Positions 12,201 through 23,978 of a DNA stretch of 64,000 nucleotides are shown here, piece after piece. Numbering within the stretch: position 1 is the stretch's first letter; each line of letters begins with the position of its first letter. The translations under genes were made by a program, and so were the position numbers. Origin of the DNA: Elsinoe ampelina. Its lineage: Eukaryota. The DNA lies in assembly GCA_010093995.1 (NCBI GenBank), contig ML992515.1, forward strand, positions 115,533-179,532, in the 5' to 3' direction. The notes beneath the pieces were generated by a model. That model saw nothing but the letters and a program-made list of their open reading frames with translations, did not search any database and had not been told where the DNA came from.

Positions 12201-14111
12201 GATCAGCAATCTGGATTGGACCGCTGCTGCGAAATGCCACATAGTAGACTGGAGCGAGGCAGCGCGGCACTCTTCGTTCCATCGCTGTACTACTGTGATA
12301 CCGTCTATAAAGGCTTCTTACTCATCACTACAGGGGATCCAATAACCCTCTGCGGTGTTTCGAGACAGCACTCAAAGTGGATCAGATTAGATCAGCTGAT
12401 ACTCGCAGCGCTGAGCGGGACTCATCGCAATATACCGAAGCACGGTCACTGGTCGTCGCGTACGGAGCCTCGCCAGGGCTGGTCCGTACAGAACTCCTGC
12501 CGCACGATACTTTACAACACGCCTACCATGTGATCTTTCGCATCGTGTCAGCTTCGGCACAAATCAGCAATCTTGCGACTTGATAGACATGTCCGTTCGT
12601 GATCGCTCACCCACCCCTATGGAGACTCTAACCCGTTTCCGCGGCCAATTGCTCGACCCTGCATGTGAATCAACATCTCGCTTGTCAAAGCCGTGGCGGC
12701 GAGTGTTACACTACTGGCCAAAATTTGCAGAACATCATGTACTGATGCCTGACAGACCTCGATGATAATAAGTCTATCAGAGGGAGGCCATGATCCCATC
12801 CATAGTAGGGGAATCACAGAGGTCCAATCGATCTCGAGAACATCATGCGAGCCGCGGAGCGACCCTCGTATTGCTTCGCATCCTACGTCGCGTCTGGTCA
12901 GCCCTGTGAGATCTTCTACTAGCTCCTCCTTCGTTGGTCGATGCTTCGATTGTGTGCTGGCGGACTTTACTCCAAAGACTGGACGATCATTTGTTGTCCC
13001 TTTCCCGCTGACTGGTCAACCCTGGGTCTGTCAATCTGTGCAACGCATCGGAGTGTGATTCGGAGAGCGGAGAGACGATCGCTGTGATGACTTCTCTCAT
13101 GCTCCGGTCATCCTCACGCAGGAGATCGGATGTTAGAGCGAGATGCTCCATGTCCGATGCTCGATATTGTCCATGGCTTGTGGGAACTCGCATCACGATG
13201 ATGGAAGATTCGGCATGCTGTTCAAATGCGTGCGCGTATGGTAGGTAAGTTTTCCTGACGGAGCAAATGTCCAATGCCCGTCCCACCCCTACTATCTCGA
13301 GGTCTTCTCCAAACTTTGCGACGTCAGAGAGCGCCTACGAAACTCTTGCCAAAGCCGTATCGTTCGCTCACGTCTCAAGAACGGGGTGAAAATATGATTC
13401 TGATTGCACTGAAACCATGAGAGGCTAGCGGGTACTCTTCACTCCCTGCTGGACTTGTTCTGCCACTTGAACTCGTCACCTTATTCTCCCATCTCTTACA
13501 GACACGCATCGACACTCACCAGCGAGCGCATAGCATTGCTTCGTCAATGCTCCGCCCTGCAACAACGTCAAATGCCCATCGCCAGAATACCCTTCCAAAC
13601 TGGCTTCGAGACCTGCAAGCCTACGCCGACGACGCCGCCTCCTTCACTCGCACCTTGGTCTACAGTAGACGATGAGGTGGTGAAGACAGATTTGGGCCGA
13701 GATCATACGCCTACTGTTCATCAGCAGATGTGTACACCATACAGTTCTCACCTCAATGGCAGTTGCATCTCTGGTCACTACCTCACCAGCAACGCCCATC
13801 GAGTGGGCGGGACAAGGGGAGTGAAGAGGCACGGACTTGGTCACGCGCTGCAATCTGTTGCAAGGTCTAAAAGAACGAGGCAAGCTTTGAAACCATGAAA
13901 TGCATTGTACTATGTGGGTATCGAGCGTATGCTTCCAGCAAAAATCCCTTCCATGCTTTCTTCGTCATGTCGTCCATTCATGTTCGTCGGCAAAGCTGTT
14001 GATGCTATTCGTTATTCATATCACTTCATCTGGTGCCGTGGTATCATTCCACTCCTCGTCATTGTAGCGAATCGTACGGTATCTTTGAGTTGCTTGCACG
14101 GTAGCCAGACC

Positions 14112-15950
14112 CTATGCTTCTGGCGGCTGACTCTCGCCATCGTTGCCCTTCGCTGGGGTGCTCGTGAATCCCTTGTTCTGATCTTCCACACCATTGTCCG
14201 TGTGGGGCATCTCCTGATCCTCGCTGGCGATAAGAGGACCCCTCGTCGTCTCTGCATTCGTTGCGTTGCCCCTCCCGGCTTTGGCACCCGCTTCTGTCGC
14301 CATGCTTGGAGTCTTGCCAGTGTCCTTTGCAACACCAGTCTTCGGTGGAGGCGGCCCCATATGAGGCGTACCAGGTGCTTTCCTCTTCTTTGGAGTACCT
14401 GCATTCAATAAAGCGACGCCAGCCGTCTTGAGGGCTTCTTTCTGGGCTCTGATGAGTTCTCTCCTGTCGGCAACTATGTCATGCCTCTCCCTGATCAACG
14501 CCTCGTGTTTGAGCGCAACCGCGCGCTTCGCTCTCCTGATTGCCATCACCTTCTTGAGGAACTCGGTCTGCTTATCAACGAACCAGGACCCGGCTTGCTC
14601 CCATTGATCGATGTCGAGGGAGTGCAGTAGTGACTCCTTGGCATCCTGGTCTCGAGATTTCAAAGCTTCTTCCAGTTTGATCCGCAATTCTGTCTCATTA
14701 CCAGCGAAAATGAGTTGAGCATCTTGAGGCATGGTCTTTCTGTCGAATATCTCAGACTGGAGGCTCGTAAAGTCCTTGTTGAAGAGTTCGTGCTGGGTGT
14801 AGTCAAGCCCGGCGTCCGACTCTGGCGAAGACCCCTCGTCCAAGTCCGACATCTCGCTGAGTCCAGAGGTCTTACAACTGCTCTTGGGATTACTTTCGGG
14901 AGTCATTTTCGAATTCTGTTCAACGGCGTCCGAAAGCCTTGCAGGCGGGTTGGAGGACCGAGAATGATGGGCTTTTTGTACACTTGAGCCACTTTGTTGT
15001 ATGTCACGCATTGGCGCCACACTCTTATCCGCGTCGTTAGTGTTCATCACCGTTCCATCCAGAGATTGCCGTGCATTGTGTGGCTGTACAGGTCGGCGTT
15101 GTTGATGCTGCAGATCATGCATCTTGTCATTGCTTGTTTCTCCAGGCGCTGTAGAGGACGAGAACTTCTCGTGAGGATTCCCGAAGTTGAATACAGGACG
15201 AGGTGGTGATATCGGAGTCAGACCTGGGAAGTGCTTGGGAGCAGAGGCGAGCAGACTGCCATTCTGCTTCGAAAGATGGTTGCGGTTGACGCTCATCGGG
15301 CCAAGCTTATGACCATTGGTGGCTGGGGGCATTGAATCATCATTGATGTTGGATTGTTCTCCGGCGGACTGCGTGGACCAGGGTTCTGAATCGATATCAG
15401 AATGTTCTTGGTTACGTCGATCGCCCAAATTTCGAGAATGATGGCTTGGTAAGGCGACCGGCTGGCCATTGTGCTTCTCGCTCCTCCCGTCATGAGAGCT
15501 TGTTCGGGAAATGCTGGCGGTGGTAGTCGGATACGACTGAGGAGTGGCAGGTCGACCCATCATCCTGTTTTGCATCTCAGCCTTTGATACCGACTTCGAT
15601 GGCTGGACAGTGCGAGTGAACTGCTGAGCGAGGTCGTGCTTTGTGTTGAAGACATCTACCATGTCCATATCACTGAAGCTCTCTTCGTAGTCGTCCGGGT
15701 CCTCACTTGCTGCAGAAGTTGGATCAAGCTCACTCCCCAGGAGCTGCTGCGCCTGACGATCGATCTTCGGCCCAGTGTGCGCATTTCCGTTCGCTTGCTC
15801 GAGGGAATCTGTATGAGTATTTGTTTCTATGCGAAACTGAGAAGCAAACCGTCTGCGGTCAGCTCCCGTGAGTGGTGCAGTCAAGTCCCTAGCTTGTCGA
15901 GTAGGGATTCGCTGGTCTACACCACTCTTTGACTGCACGAAATCTTGCAT
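14112..15950 (-). CDS. ECM11 (extracellular mutant protein 11) domain protein
   Basis: Long disordered N-terminus, then LDYTQHELFNKDFTSLQSEIFD...LDIDQWEQAGSWFVDKQ and a coiled coil, typical of the ECM11 C-terminal domain. The start (MQDFV, 15950) is uncertain; the open frame extends to 16145. Confidence 0.7.
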   Translation of the reverse strand: MQDFVQSKSGVDQRIPTRQARDLTAPLTGADRRRFASQFRIETNTHTDSLEQANGNAHTGPKIDRQAQQLLGSELDPTSAASEDPDDYEESFSDMDMVDVFNTKHDLAQQFTRTVQPSKSVSKAEMQNRMMGRPATPQSYPTTTASISRTSSHDGRSEKHNGQPVALPSHHSRNLGDRRNQEHSDIDSEPWSTQSAGEQSNINDDSMPPATNGHKLGPMSVNRNHLSKQNGSLLASAPKHFPGLTPISPPRPVFNFGNPHEKFSSSTAPGETSNDKMHDLQHQQRRPVQPHNARQSLDGTVMNTNDADKSVAPMRDIQQSGSSVQKAHHSRSSNPPARLSDAVEQNSKMTPESNPKSSCKTSGLSEMSDLDEGSSPESDAGLDYTQHELFNKDFTSLQSEIFDRKTMPQDAQLIFAGNETELRIKLEEALKSRDQDAKESLLHSLDIDQWEQAGSWFVDKQTEFLKKVMAIRRAKRAVALKHEALIRERHDIVADRRELIRAQKEALKTAGVALLNAGTPKKRKAPGTPHMGPPPPKTGVAKDTGKTPSMATEAGAKAGRGNATNAETTRGPLIASEDQEMPHTDNGVEDQNKGFTSTPAKGNDGESQPPEA

Positions 15951-16222
15951 GATGGTCATGCGAAGGAGCTGAAAAGGCCAAATTATCCACAAACTCCCTC
16001 GGGTTCGAGCAGACGTATCGAATGATGTGGTATGTTGAGTGGGCGTGTGGTGATGCTTGAGTGGATTTGCGGGCCGGTTACCCGAACTACCTCGGATATA
16101 GATGGATATCGCCGTCACAAGATAGCAGGGCCATTCTGAATTCACCTCACCACTGCGCTCACGGATAGCTGGTTTACAAAGACAAATAAGGTTGATGAGA
16201 GCGTAGGCACTACTCTCTGAAG

Positions 16223-17234
16223 ATGACTGAAAATGTCACGGATCGCCTGTCCGCTCTCCCTCACGAAGTCAGCGCATCCTTGTCCAAGCTTCTCAACCTC
16301 AACTGACCAGCTAGCTCCTCTCTCTCATTCTGTCCTTCCTCCCCACAACCTCTCTTGCCTTCCTGGCCTCTGCTTCCCGACATCTCCACCACACTTCCCT
16401 CCAACAGCTCCATTCCCGCCTCCTCTCCGCCACTTCTCTCGACGATCACACGCTCATCCTCGAATGCTACCACCCATCCGCCAAACTCGTGGCCGCCCAC
16501 CTCTTCTGCTCCTCACTTGGTACGCCCGGCCTCGAGTCTGCCTTGGATTATGCCCCTGGTCAAGAAGTTAGTCGGCTGAAAGAGCTCTGCAACCTGTACA
16601 CACACTTCCTCCCTCAGCGGAAAGAGCCCGAGACGAGGGTCGCCCGGCGGCATCCCGCGGGCGACGTGCCCGGGTCGAGAACACACCCCTCTTCATCTGC
16701 GAGACCGGAGGTGCAAGGTAATGGCATTTTGGTTGCGGAGACAGTGAGTTTAGATGCCGGTGAGCTGTTCAGCCAGCTATGCTGCGTGACGAACCTGGTG
16801 AAAATGGCTCCGGGAGCGAGGAAGTTGATCACGAGTATTGTGGAGGTGAGTGATGGGATGATACGGGTGTGGAGAGACTGGTTGCGGAGGAGAGACGGAG
16901 TGAAGGATGATGGGCAGGCGGTGGAGGGAGAAGAGGGAATCTTATGGGTGAACAACGCTGGCAATAGCGTGGGCATCAAGTTCAAAGTGAGGGAGAGGGG
17001 GTTCAGGAGGGATGTGCCAGTGCTGTTTGCTAGTGAGGATGAAGTGGCAGTGTCTTACTATATCGAATTCCAAGGTAGGTTGCTCGCAGGCATGGAGCAC
17101 GCAGAGCTGACATAGGAGCAGAACTGTTGATCAAGACGAAGTACCTACTAGACAAGATCGAAAGGTCGAGGGCACAAGATGGTCGGGAAGGGAATGGTCG
17201 AGCAATCATATTCGGATCTTTCCCGCAAGCGTAA
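16223..17234 (+). CDS. F-box domain protein (3 exons)
   Basis: The spliced N-terminus MTENVTDRLSALPHE|LLSLILSFLPTTSLAFLASASRHL is an F-box. It continues with LILECYHPSAK, LDAGELFSQLC and IRVWRDWL; the last exon ELLIKTKYLL...AIIFGSFPQA* ends at 17234. Confidence 0.8.
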
Positions 17235-19551
17235 TGTACGAACAGTGTACGATCAGACGAATGATATGACGAAGGGTAAGAGGGGTTTCTTCGAAATGTT
17301 ATTTTATCCATCACTGAGCGCATACGCCATAAGCAGTTGCTGTGATCGCATGGCGGTCTCTATCTAAACGCACCTGATGTCACAACTGTGGTAGCTCGTA
17401 CGCTCCGTGCATCCAGAAGCGGAAATTCTCCCACCGGAGGAGATGAGTCCGGGGTATCTCGAGCGACTCAGCTCAACGAAAACGAGGAATAACTTACGGC
17501 GTGGTTGAATCAGGTCACCAGTGGTTCTCAACATCTCGATGAAAGCAACACAAGCCAGCGAAGCAAATCGAACCACTCCAAGCCTCATGTTCACGCAACC
17601 GAGCTCTAGATCAAGAAGGTCAAGCCATTGTCTAGCGAGGCCGACGACAAGCGACCCACGCCGCCGGCGGAATGCATCCCCTGAAGAAATGAGGCTCTCA
17701 CAAGTGGATCCCCAACCTGACCGTGCTGGGCATGAACGAAGCCAGGGACATCCCCAGGAGACACAGCGATAGGACACCGACAACCTTGAACAGCCTCTAG
17801 CATCAAAGGTGCGAAAAAGTCCGGGGATGGCCAAGACGGGGTAACATGATGTACGCCGCACGGCAAGCTCGACACCAGGGTCTCGTTTGCATTTGGGGAT
17901 GCGTCGGATAAAATGCAGCTAGCGAGCACGCCGGGACCACCGTGTTGGATTTTCCTGGAGCCGTGCCTGAGCGAAGTGGGATTGGACATGGTTCCTTCCG
18001 AGCTTCCATTTCTGCTGCCCCCACGCTGAGATTCGACAAGAAGGAGTCAGGCGAGACCTGCTTGTTGGGTAACTTGTTCTCCATTTTCCGTCGGCTGATT
18101 GTGAATGAGCAGGCAGGTCTTGGTTTCACATGTGTGGGAGAACTGTGCGGGGCGGATAAATGTTTGTGGTGGTACGCAGGCATTCCAGATGCAATCGAGA
18201 GATGGCGCTATCTCGCGGAAGAATGATGGAGCGGAAGACGGCCGATGTGTCGATCTGCCCCAGGTCGTTGCCGTGAGTGAAACACAACGTCTGGCATCAT
18301 TTCCCTTATCAATGACCACATGGTCTGGATCAAAGTGGAGCAATTGGCAGTTTTTCGGAGATGGCTCACAGTGGACATGGGAGAAAAGTGACCCCGCATT
18401 GCCTTTTCATGTGAAGTACAGGAGGTTTACCATTTAGCCTTCAGGTGGCCACATGCTTGCTTGCCTGGTCTCGATTTGCTTTGCCCAGAAGACCACGCCG
18501 TTTTGAATATTGTGACTTCCCCGGGTTCCCCAGAGATCTGCCATTGGCACGGGATAAGGTAGATTAGATGAGGTGTCATATTGCGGCTGATCTAGGTTGC
18601 AGCACCCGAGGCCTAAAGGGGTACGTACACCCCCGCAATTTCCATATCAACGACACACGGCACGAAGCCTGTCTGCCTCGAAACTTTCTCGTATCTATTC
18701 GATCTTCGAGACGTGGGATATGGGATATGGGCGGTCAGGGTGGGTGAATGATCCACGCCCGCCGGAAGAACACCGTCATATGGTTGGAAAGGGAGATTTC
18801 TGGATCCAGAAGGGTCAGCAGGCACGGTCCACCGAAAGGTAGAGGCTGCATCAAGCACGTGTTTGACCCTCACACTGATAACCATATGATAAGAATATTA
18901 CATGCTGAGCCATTTGGTGATCACGGCCTCGGCAGGAGTCCCACCGAGGAATGGGTAGGGGATGATTAGCAGATGATATTCAAGCAGTATCACATGTTAA
19001 ATGGATTTCAACCTTACGATCTGTAATCAAAGTCTGAGCATTGATCCTCTCGGTCCTTTGACTTTGCCCGTTTCTACCTATCCTTTAATTCTCCACATCT
19101 AGCCCTACCGCCGTGTTACGGACAGTAGTGAGCCGAACAATGAAGAGACGTTAGAAGGCAACGCTTCGATAGGCCACGCAGCTACCTTTTGCAGACCAAC
19201 TGCCAGATACTAACGCTATCCGAGGCCCGCCATCTACATTCTGCGATTCGATTCTCAACAAATTGGGCCTCGGTCAGCCCGGCTATTGTATATTCGCCCC
19301 ACACTTTGCACCGTCCAACAACATCTCGTCGCGGCCAAGGGAATAACAGTCGCTAACAAAGTCATCTCACACCTGGAAACACGGGCAAGTGTTCCCCAAC
19401 AAACAGCCAAAGTTGGGCTGCAACAGACTTTTTTCCTCTGCAAAGAAATCTGTGCCTCACCGCAATTGTCCTACGACGTCACTATCCATAGACCATTTCA
19501 AGCCGCATCCACTGTATCAGACCCTATCAAAAGTCATACGACACGTTCTGC

Positions 19552-20367
19552 GCGGGGGACAGGCGATTCGCCAAGGTGACTTTATTGAGATCCTCAGGTC
19601 TCTGGCGGTTGGCGGGCGGCGCCAACGACACCACGAGGTGGCTTATCGTCTGGATCTACGCGCATACGGACATGACCGCCTTTTGAGATTTTGTGCTGAG
19701 ACGACGTTGTGATTTCCAGGTCGAGACGCCGCTCCTCCACAATCGACCCGACCGGAGCCTCTTGCATCCAAGCTCTCGACTTTTTTTGGTCTTCTCTCGG
19801 CCCGCACACGGCCGCCATAGAATTTTCTGTTGTCCGCCGAAGAGATTGTCAGGGCACGAGCACGAGCACGAGCACGAGCTTTTGACGCGCACGAAAAGCC
19901 CCCGGAATCTCAATTTCGCGGCCTCTGGCAGACTCACAGACACCGACCCACCTGGCAACTCACAGACTGCCCTCCCAATTCCCATCAGCCCGACGGTGCC
20001 AGCCCGAGAAAGAGCCACAGAGAGCCCACCTGGCTTCTGGCAGCTGGGGAGACACCCTTTCGCGTCATCGGCCAGCTCTCGCTTTTCTCCCAGGCCATTC
20101 CCGCTTTCTCCCACGCTCTTCCTCCTTCCCCACACCATCTCACATTATCTCATCAGTTGTCCCTCCCTGGCACAACTCTCTCCTGTCCTCCAACAATCTT
20201 GTCCTCTCACAAAACCTCCTACCTACCCCGGATTACGAGTCTATCTCGCCTTGGTCCATATCTCCCAAAGTGTATACATTCTTCGAACGAGTCATTCTCG
20301 ACCAACCAAAGCAAAACCACATTTTGAACCCCTTTACTGCAGCCCACCACCCACCGGCTTACTCCAG
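19552..20367. promoter_or_regulatory. Cluster of SYGGRG (CreA-type) sites upstream of creA
   Basis: Eight matches on either strand at 19552, 19735, 19752, 19900, 20044, 20128, 20226 and 20362. Confidence 0.4.
19855..19878 (+). repeat. (CACGAG)4 tandem repeat upstream of creA
   Basis: Four perfect hexamer copies read directly. Confidence 0.9.
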
Positions 20368-20393
20368 GTTTTTGCGCCCACAGGCGTCTTCAC

Positions 20394-21818
20394 ATGTCAG
20401 CCAGCTTACAAAATTTGCTGAGCCCAGCGACCGACTCACCTTCCTTCTCAAACAACTCGTCGCCTGTCCAGAGTAGAGCGTATCCGTCGACGGGCGTTTC
20501 ACAGCCGTCGTCGCCAACTTCGCACTCCAGCACCCCGCAGCACATGGCAGCCTCTGCCGCGACACAACTGCCCACCATGGCGTCAACACAACAAGGGTCG
20601 CAAGACGAACACCGACCAGATCTACCCAGACCGTACAAGTGCCCGCTTTGCGACAAGGCCTTCCACCGTCTTGAGCACCAGACAAGACACATCAGGACTC
20701 ACACTGGCGAGAAGCCTCACGCATGCCAGTTCCCAGGCTGCACAAAAAGATTCAGCAGGTCCGACGAATTGACAAGGCATTCGAGGATACACAATAATCC
20801 AAATTCGAGAAGAGGCAACAAACAGCATGCTGCTGCCACTGCCGCCGCCGTCGCAGCTGCGCAAGCAGGGTACGATCAACAGGCGTCCATCCAGCACCAT
20901 CAGCTCAGTCAGCCTTCCATGATCCCTCAGTCGAATCCTCAGCTCAGCGCGCCAAACATGATGCCTCCTCCACATGCGCCCATGACCCGTTCCGCGCCTG
21001 GGTCTAACGTGGGCTCACCGAATGTGTCCCCACCGCACTCGTATCAGTCAGCCTACCCTCCCAGCGGCGGCTCATTTCTTACGCGCAACGTCAGCGGTGA
21101 CCTCTCCCCTGCTACTGGAATGCACCACCCGATGGATATCAATTTGCTGGCAACTGCTGCTTCTCAGGTGGAGCGGGAGAACTCACATTCCGGACACCTG
21201 ACTCCTTCGAGCAGGTCCTACGGATCGCACCCATATGGCCACCATCATCCATATTCTTCTGGTCGCCTGCCTTCCCTCTCGCAGTATCACTATGGATCTA
21301 ACCCAACTTCCCAACCCATGTCGAGATCTCACTCCCACGAACACGACGACCACTACGCGCATCGACAGTCGAAAAAGTCGAGACCAGGATCACCTCAGTC
21401 TACCGCGCCGCCGTCTCCGTCGTACTCGCATCACTCTACATCTCCAACACCCGACCACACTCCGTTGGCCACTCCCTCCCACTCACCCAGATTGAGACCT
21501 CAATTCTTCCACAACGGTGTGCAGCTCCCAACCCTTCACCATCTCTCCCTCCAAAATCAACCGCCACCGGCTCTTGCACCCGTCGAACCCTCAGCTGACG
21601 GACAGCAGCCGTACGTCCCGACTCAACATAGCGGGCTTCGGATCAGCGAGATTATGGAGAGAGAAGACGGCGCGCAACGCAAGCTTCCGGTCCCTATGGT
21701 TCCCAACGCCATGAAGGTCGGTGACATGCTCCACCCTCACCCTACTTCTGGATTCAGCAGCGGACATTCGAGCACTACCGGTAGTGTCGCTGGTGACGTC
21801 CACGAGCGATACCAGTAG
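20394..21818 (+). CDS. creA: Carbon catabolite repressor CreA/Cre1 (C2H2 zinc finger)
   Basis: Zinc fingers [56 protein letters not shown], a poly-Ala run, the conserved [20 protein letters not shown] and QRKLPVP. Confidence 0.97.
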   Translation: MSASLQNLLSPATDSPSFSNNSSPVQSRAYPSTGVSQPSSPTSHSSTPQHMAASAATQLPTMASTQQGSQDEHRPDLPRPYKCPLCDKAFHRLEHQTRHIRTHTGEKPHACQFPGCTKRFSRSDELTRHSRIHNNPNSRRGNKQHAAATAAAVAAAQAGYDQQASIQHHQLSQPSMIPQSNPQLSAPNMMPPPHAPMTRSAPGSNVGSPNVSPPHSYQSAYPPSGGSFLTRNVSGDLSPATGMHHPMDINLLATAASQVERENSHSGHLTPSSRSYGSHPYGHHHPYSSGRLPSLSQYHYGSNPTSQPMSRSHSHEHDDHYAHRQSKKSRPGSPQSTAPPSPSYSHHSTSPTPDHTPLATPSHSPRLRPQFFHNGVQLPTLHHLSLQNQPPPALAPVEPSADGQQPYVPTQHSGLRISEIMEREDGAQRKLPVPMVPNAMKVGDMLHPHPTSGFSSGHSSTTGSVAGDVHERYQ

Positions 21819-23978
21819 AAGTCTGTTAGATACTTCTTTTTGTTTCGGCACCATTATAGACGCGAGCACGACTTTGGGGACACATTCAGCGGGGATTAGC
21901 TTTCTGCTTTTTTACCACACCATGGCAAGGGCGTTCAGAGTCGGGAATTCACCACTCTCTGACTTTATTACGGGGATGATTCTTCCTTTCGACACTCGAC
22001 CACGCTTGATACCACACAGAGAGAAAGACTGCACCCAGTAGAGACGGAACGAGGGCTTGTTTCGAGCGACGGGCTGTGCAGGGCCCTTGTCGCGTTGTTT
22101 ACAGCACCACCAGTAATAGTCCCACTTTTTCCACACGCAATACAATTGTTTCACAAACACATCCGTTCCCCACACGTGTGGCCATTATCTCGATGCCTAA
22201 CCCCCAACAGTGCCATTCAGGAGGTGACATGTGGACTAGGCATGTGCAACTGAAGCCCTCTTTTCCCCACGCTTTCCCTCGCTTGTGGCTTGACCTGGGC
22301 AGGAGACGAACTCGAACCAAGCCGCAGCCCCGAGTCCTTGCATGCATGCAGGTTGCTCTCAGCTCACACAAGAACACAGCCAGAGTGACCAGTCACCAGT
22401 TCGTCTCGCTCCGACAAGTGAATCGCCCCCACATGGAACAATCTCGTCTGCGTTCGTCGTCGTCGATTGTGGCTGTCTGACAACGATTGATTGGCAAGCC
22501 TAACATCCCCAACATATTTCTTCCTTTGCCGGCCCACCCTTCTTCCCCTGCAGAGAACAAAGAAGGTCAAGGTCAAGCGTGAATCCTTATCGCTGTGGAG
22601 ACTGGGAGCCGCCTTGCGTTCGTCCGGGCTGGCTAACTTAGCCTGGCACATGCTAAACTCTGTGTGTCCGGTAGCCTGCACCGGGCAACGATGACCGCAT
22701 CACAAGCAGACCTTTTTTTTGGGTTGCCAGCTTTCACATGCCAACTCGAGCTCTCAACGAACCGGGACTTTGCGAACTTGGGGAAGCCGCGGAGGAAAAA
22801 AAAAAGTCTGACCCTCTTGCGTGCTCGCGGGAATGACGAAAACTACCTCACTGTGAAGAAGCTTCATGGATAGTCCGGACATGTTGGCAGCTCTAACTTA
22901 CCGTGCAATTGCCGCGTCTCACTTGTGCAGATTCCGACGCCGATAACAGCGACCGAGCACGGGCATTGCATCGCGGGCTGGCTGAGGTTCCCAGCTCCGG
23001 GTGTCGTGGAAGCGACGGAGCGTGTTTTCCAGCCCTCGACGTCAATCTTCGTAGGTCGGCGCGGCGTCCCCGGACGATCTGAGCGTGCTTCTCCAGGTTT
23101 TGTGTCGTGTGGAAGGGGTGCGAGTCAGGCCGCAGGGAGAGCGAGATCGATCGTCGGGGTAGCCTGGTGATCTTGACTGGGGATGGAGACAGAGTATCAT
23201 GACTGGGAAAGTTTGCTGATTGTGGACAGGTTGTCGGTTGATTGAACCGGGACTTTCCTGAAGTGCTCATGTGGGAAGTCTTTGATGCTGCACACTGTTC
23301 GACAGCCATATCACGTGGGCGCGCCACTTCATTTGGGCTGGATCCAAATCCTCGACCTTGCCAACTCTGTATAGATGGATTCAGCTGCGAAAACAGCTGT
23401 TCGCACATACGTTTATCGTACAGCGCTTCGACGAGCGGACACTCGAGCATGACTCTGTCAAGGTTTTCACACCGCGACGTGGCCAGAAGCACTCTCAGGC
23501 TCTTGCATATCTGTGCAATGTCTTTTCTTCTCCCATCAAAATGACAAATTGTCAGACAATTGGGAGCGGAGCAAAAGCACAATGAGACCGTCCACAGTCA
23601 AACCTGCCATGAGAACCATCCGCAGTGCAATCGCTCATATCTATTGGACACTGGGCGAACGAGGTTTTTGACATAACATGGTCTTTGACATCTCGAGCGG
23701 TGGGGTTTGAAACTCTCTCCTACCACAGTACCTGTCACGATGGAGCTTGTGTCTGGGAAGAAGCAGATGCGATGGTAGGTCCTCCTCTCCCTCGAACTCA
23801 TCGTGCAGTAGCGATTCCAAATTCATGCAAGAAGAAATTCCAAAGCCTTTGCAAGATCAGAAAGGACGGGTGTCAAGAGAGATTCATGCAATATAAGTAT
23901 GCCATTGTGAGTCCGGAGACCGCACCACCTGCTGTCTGTCCATTGGAGACCTCATCTTGGAGAAGCACATCAGCCAAT

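Noticed and set aside
19693..20421. 242-aa ORF upstream of creA
   Set aside because: No ATG start and no protein-like features; better explained as promoter or leader sequence.
23625..23978. 118-aa N-terminal extension of the His-rich ORF given in the track
   Set aside because: It opens at a non-ATG codon, and the clear signal peptide begins at ATG 23979, just downstream of a TATA-like ATATAAG near 23891.
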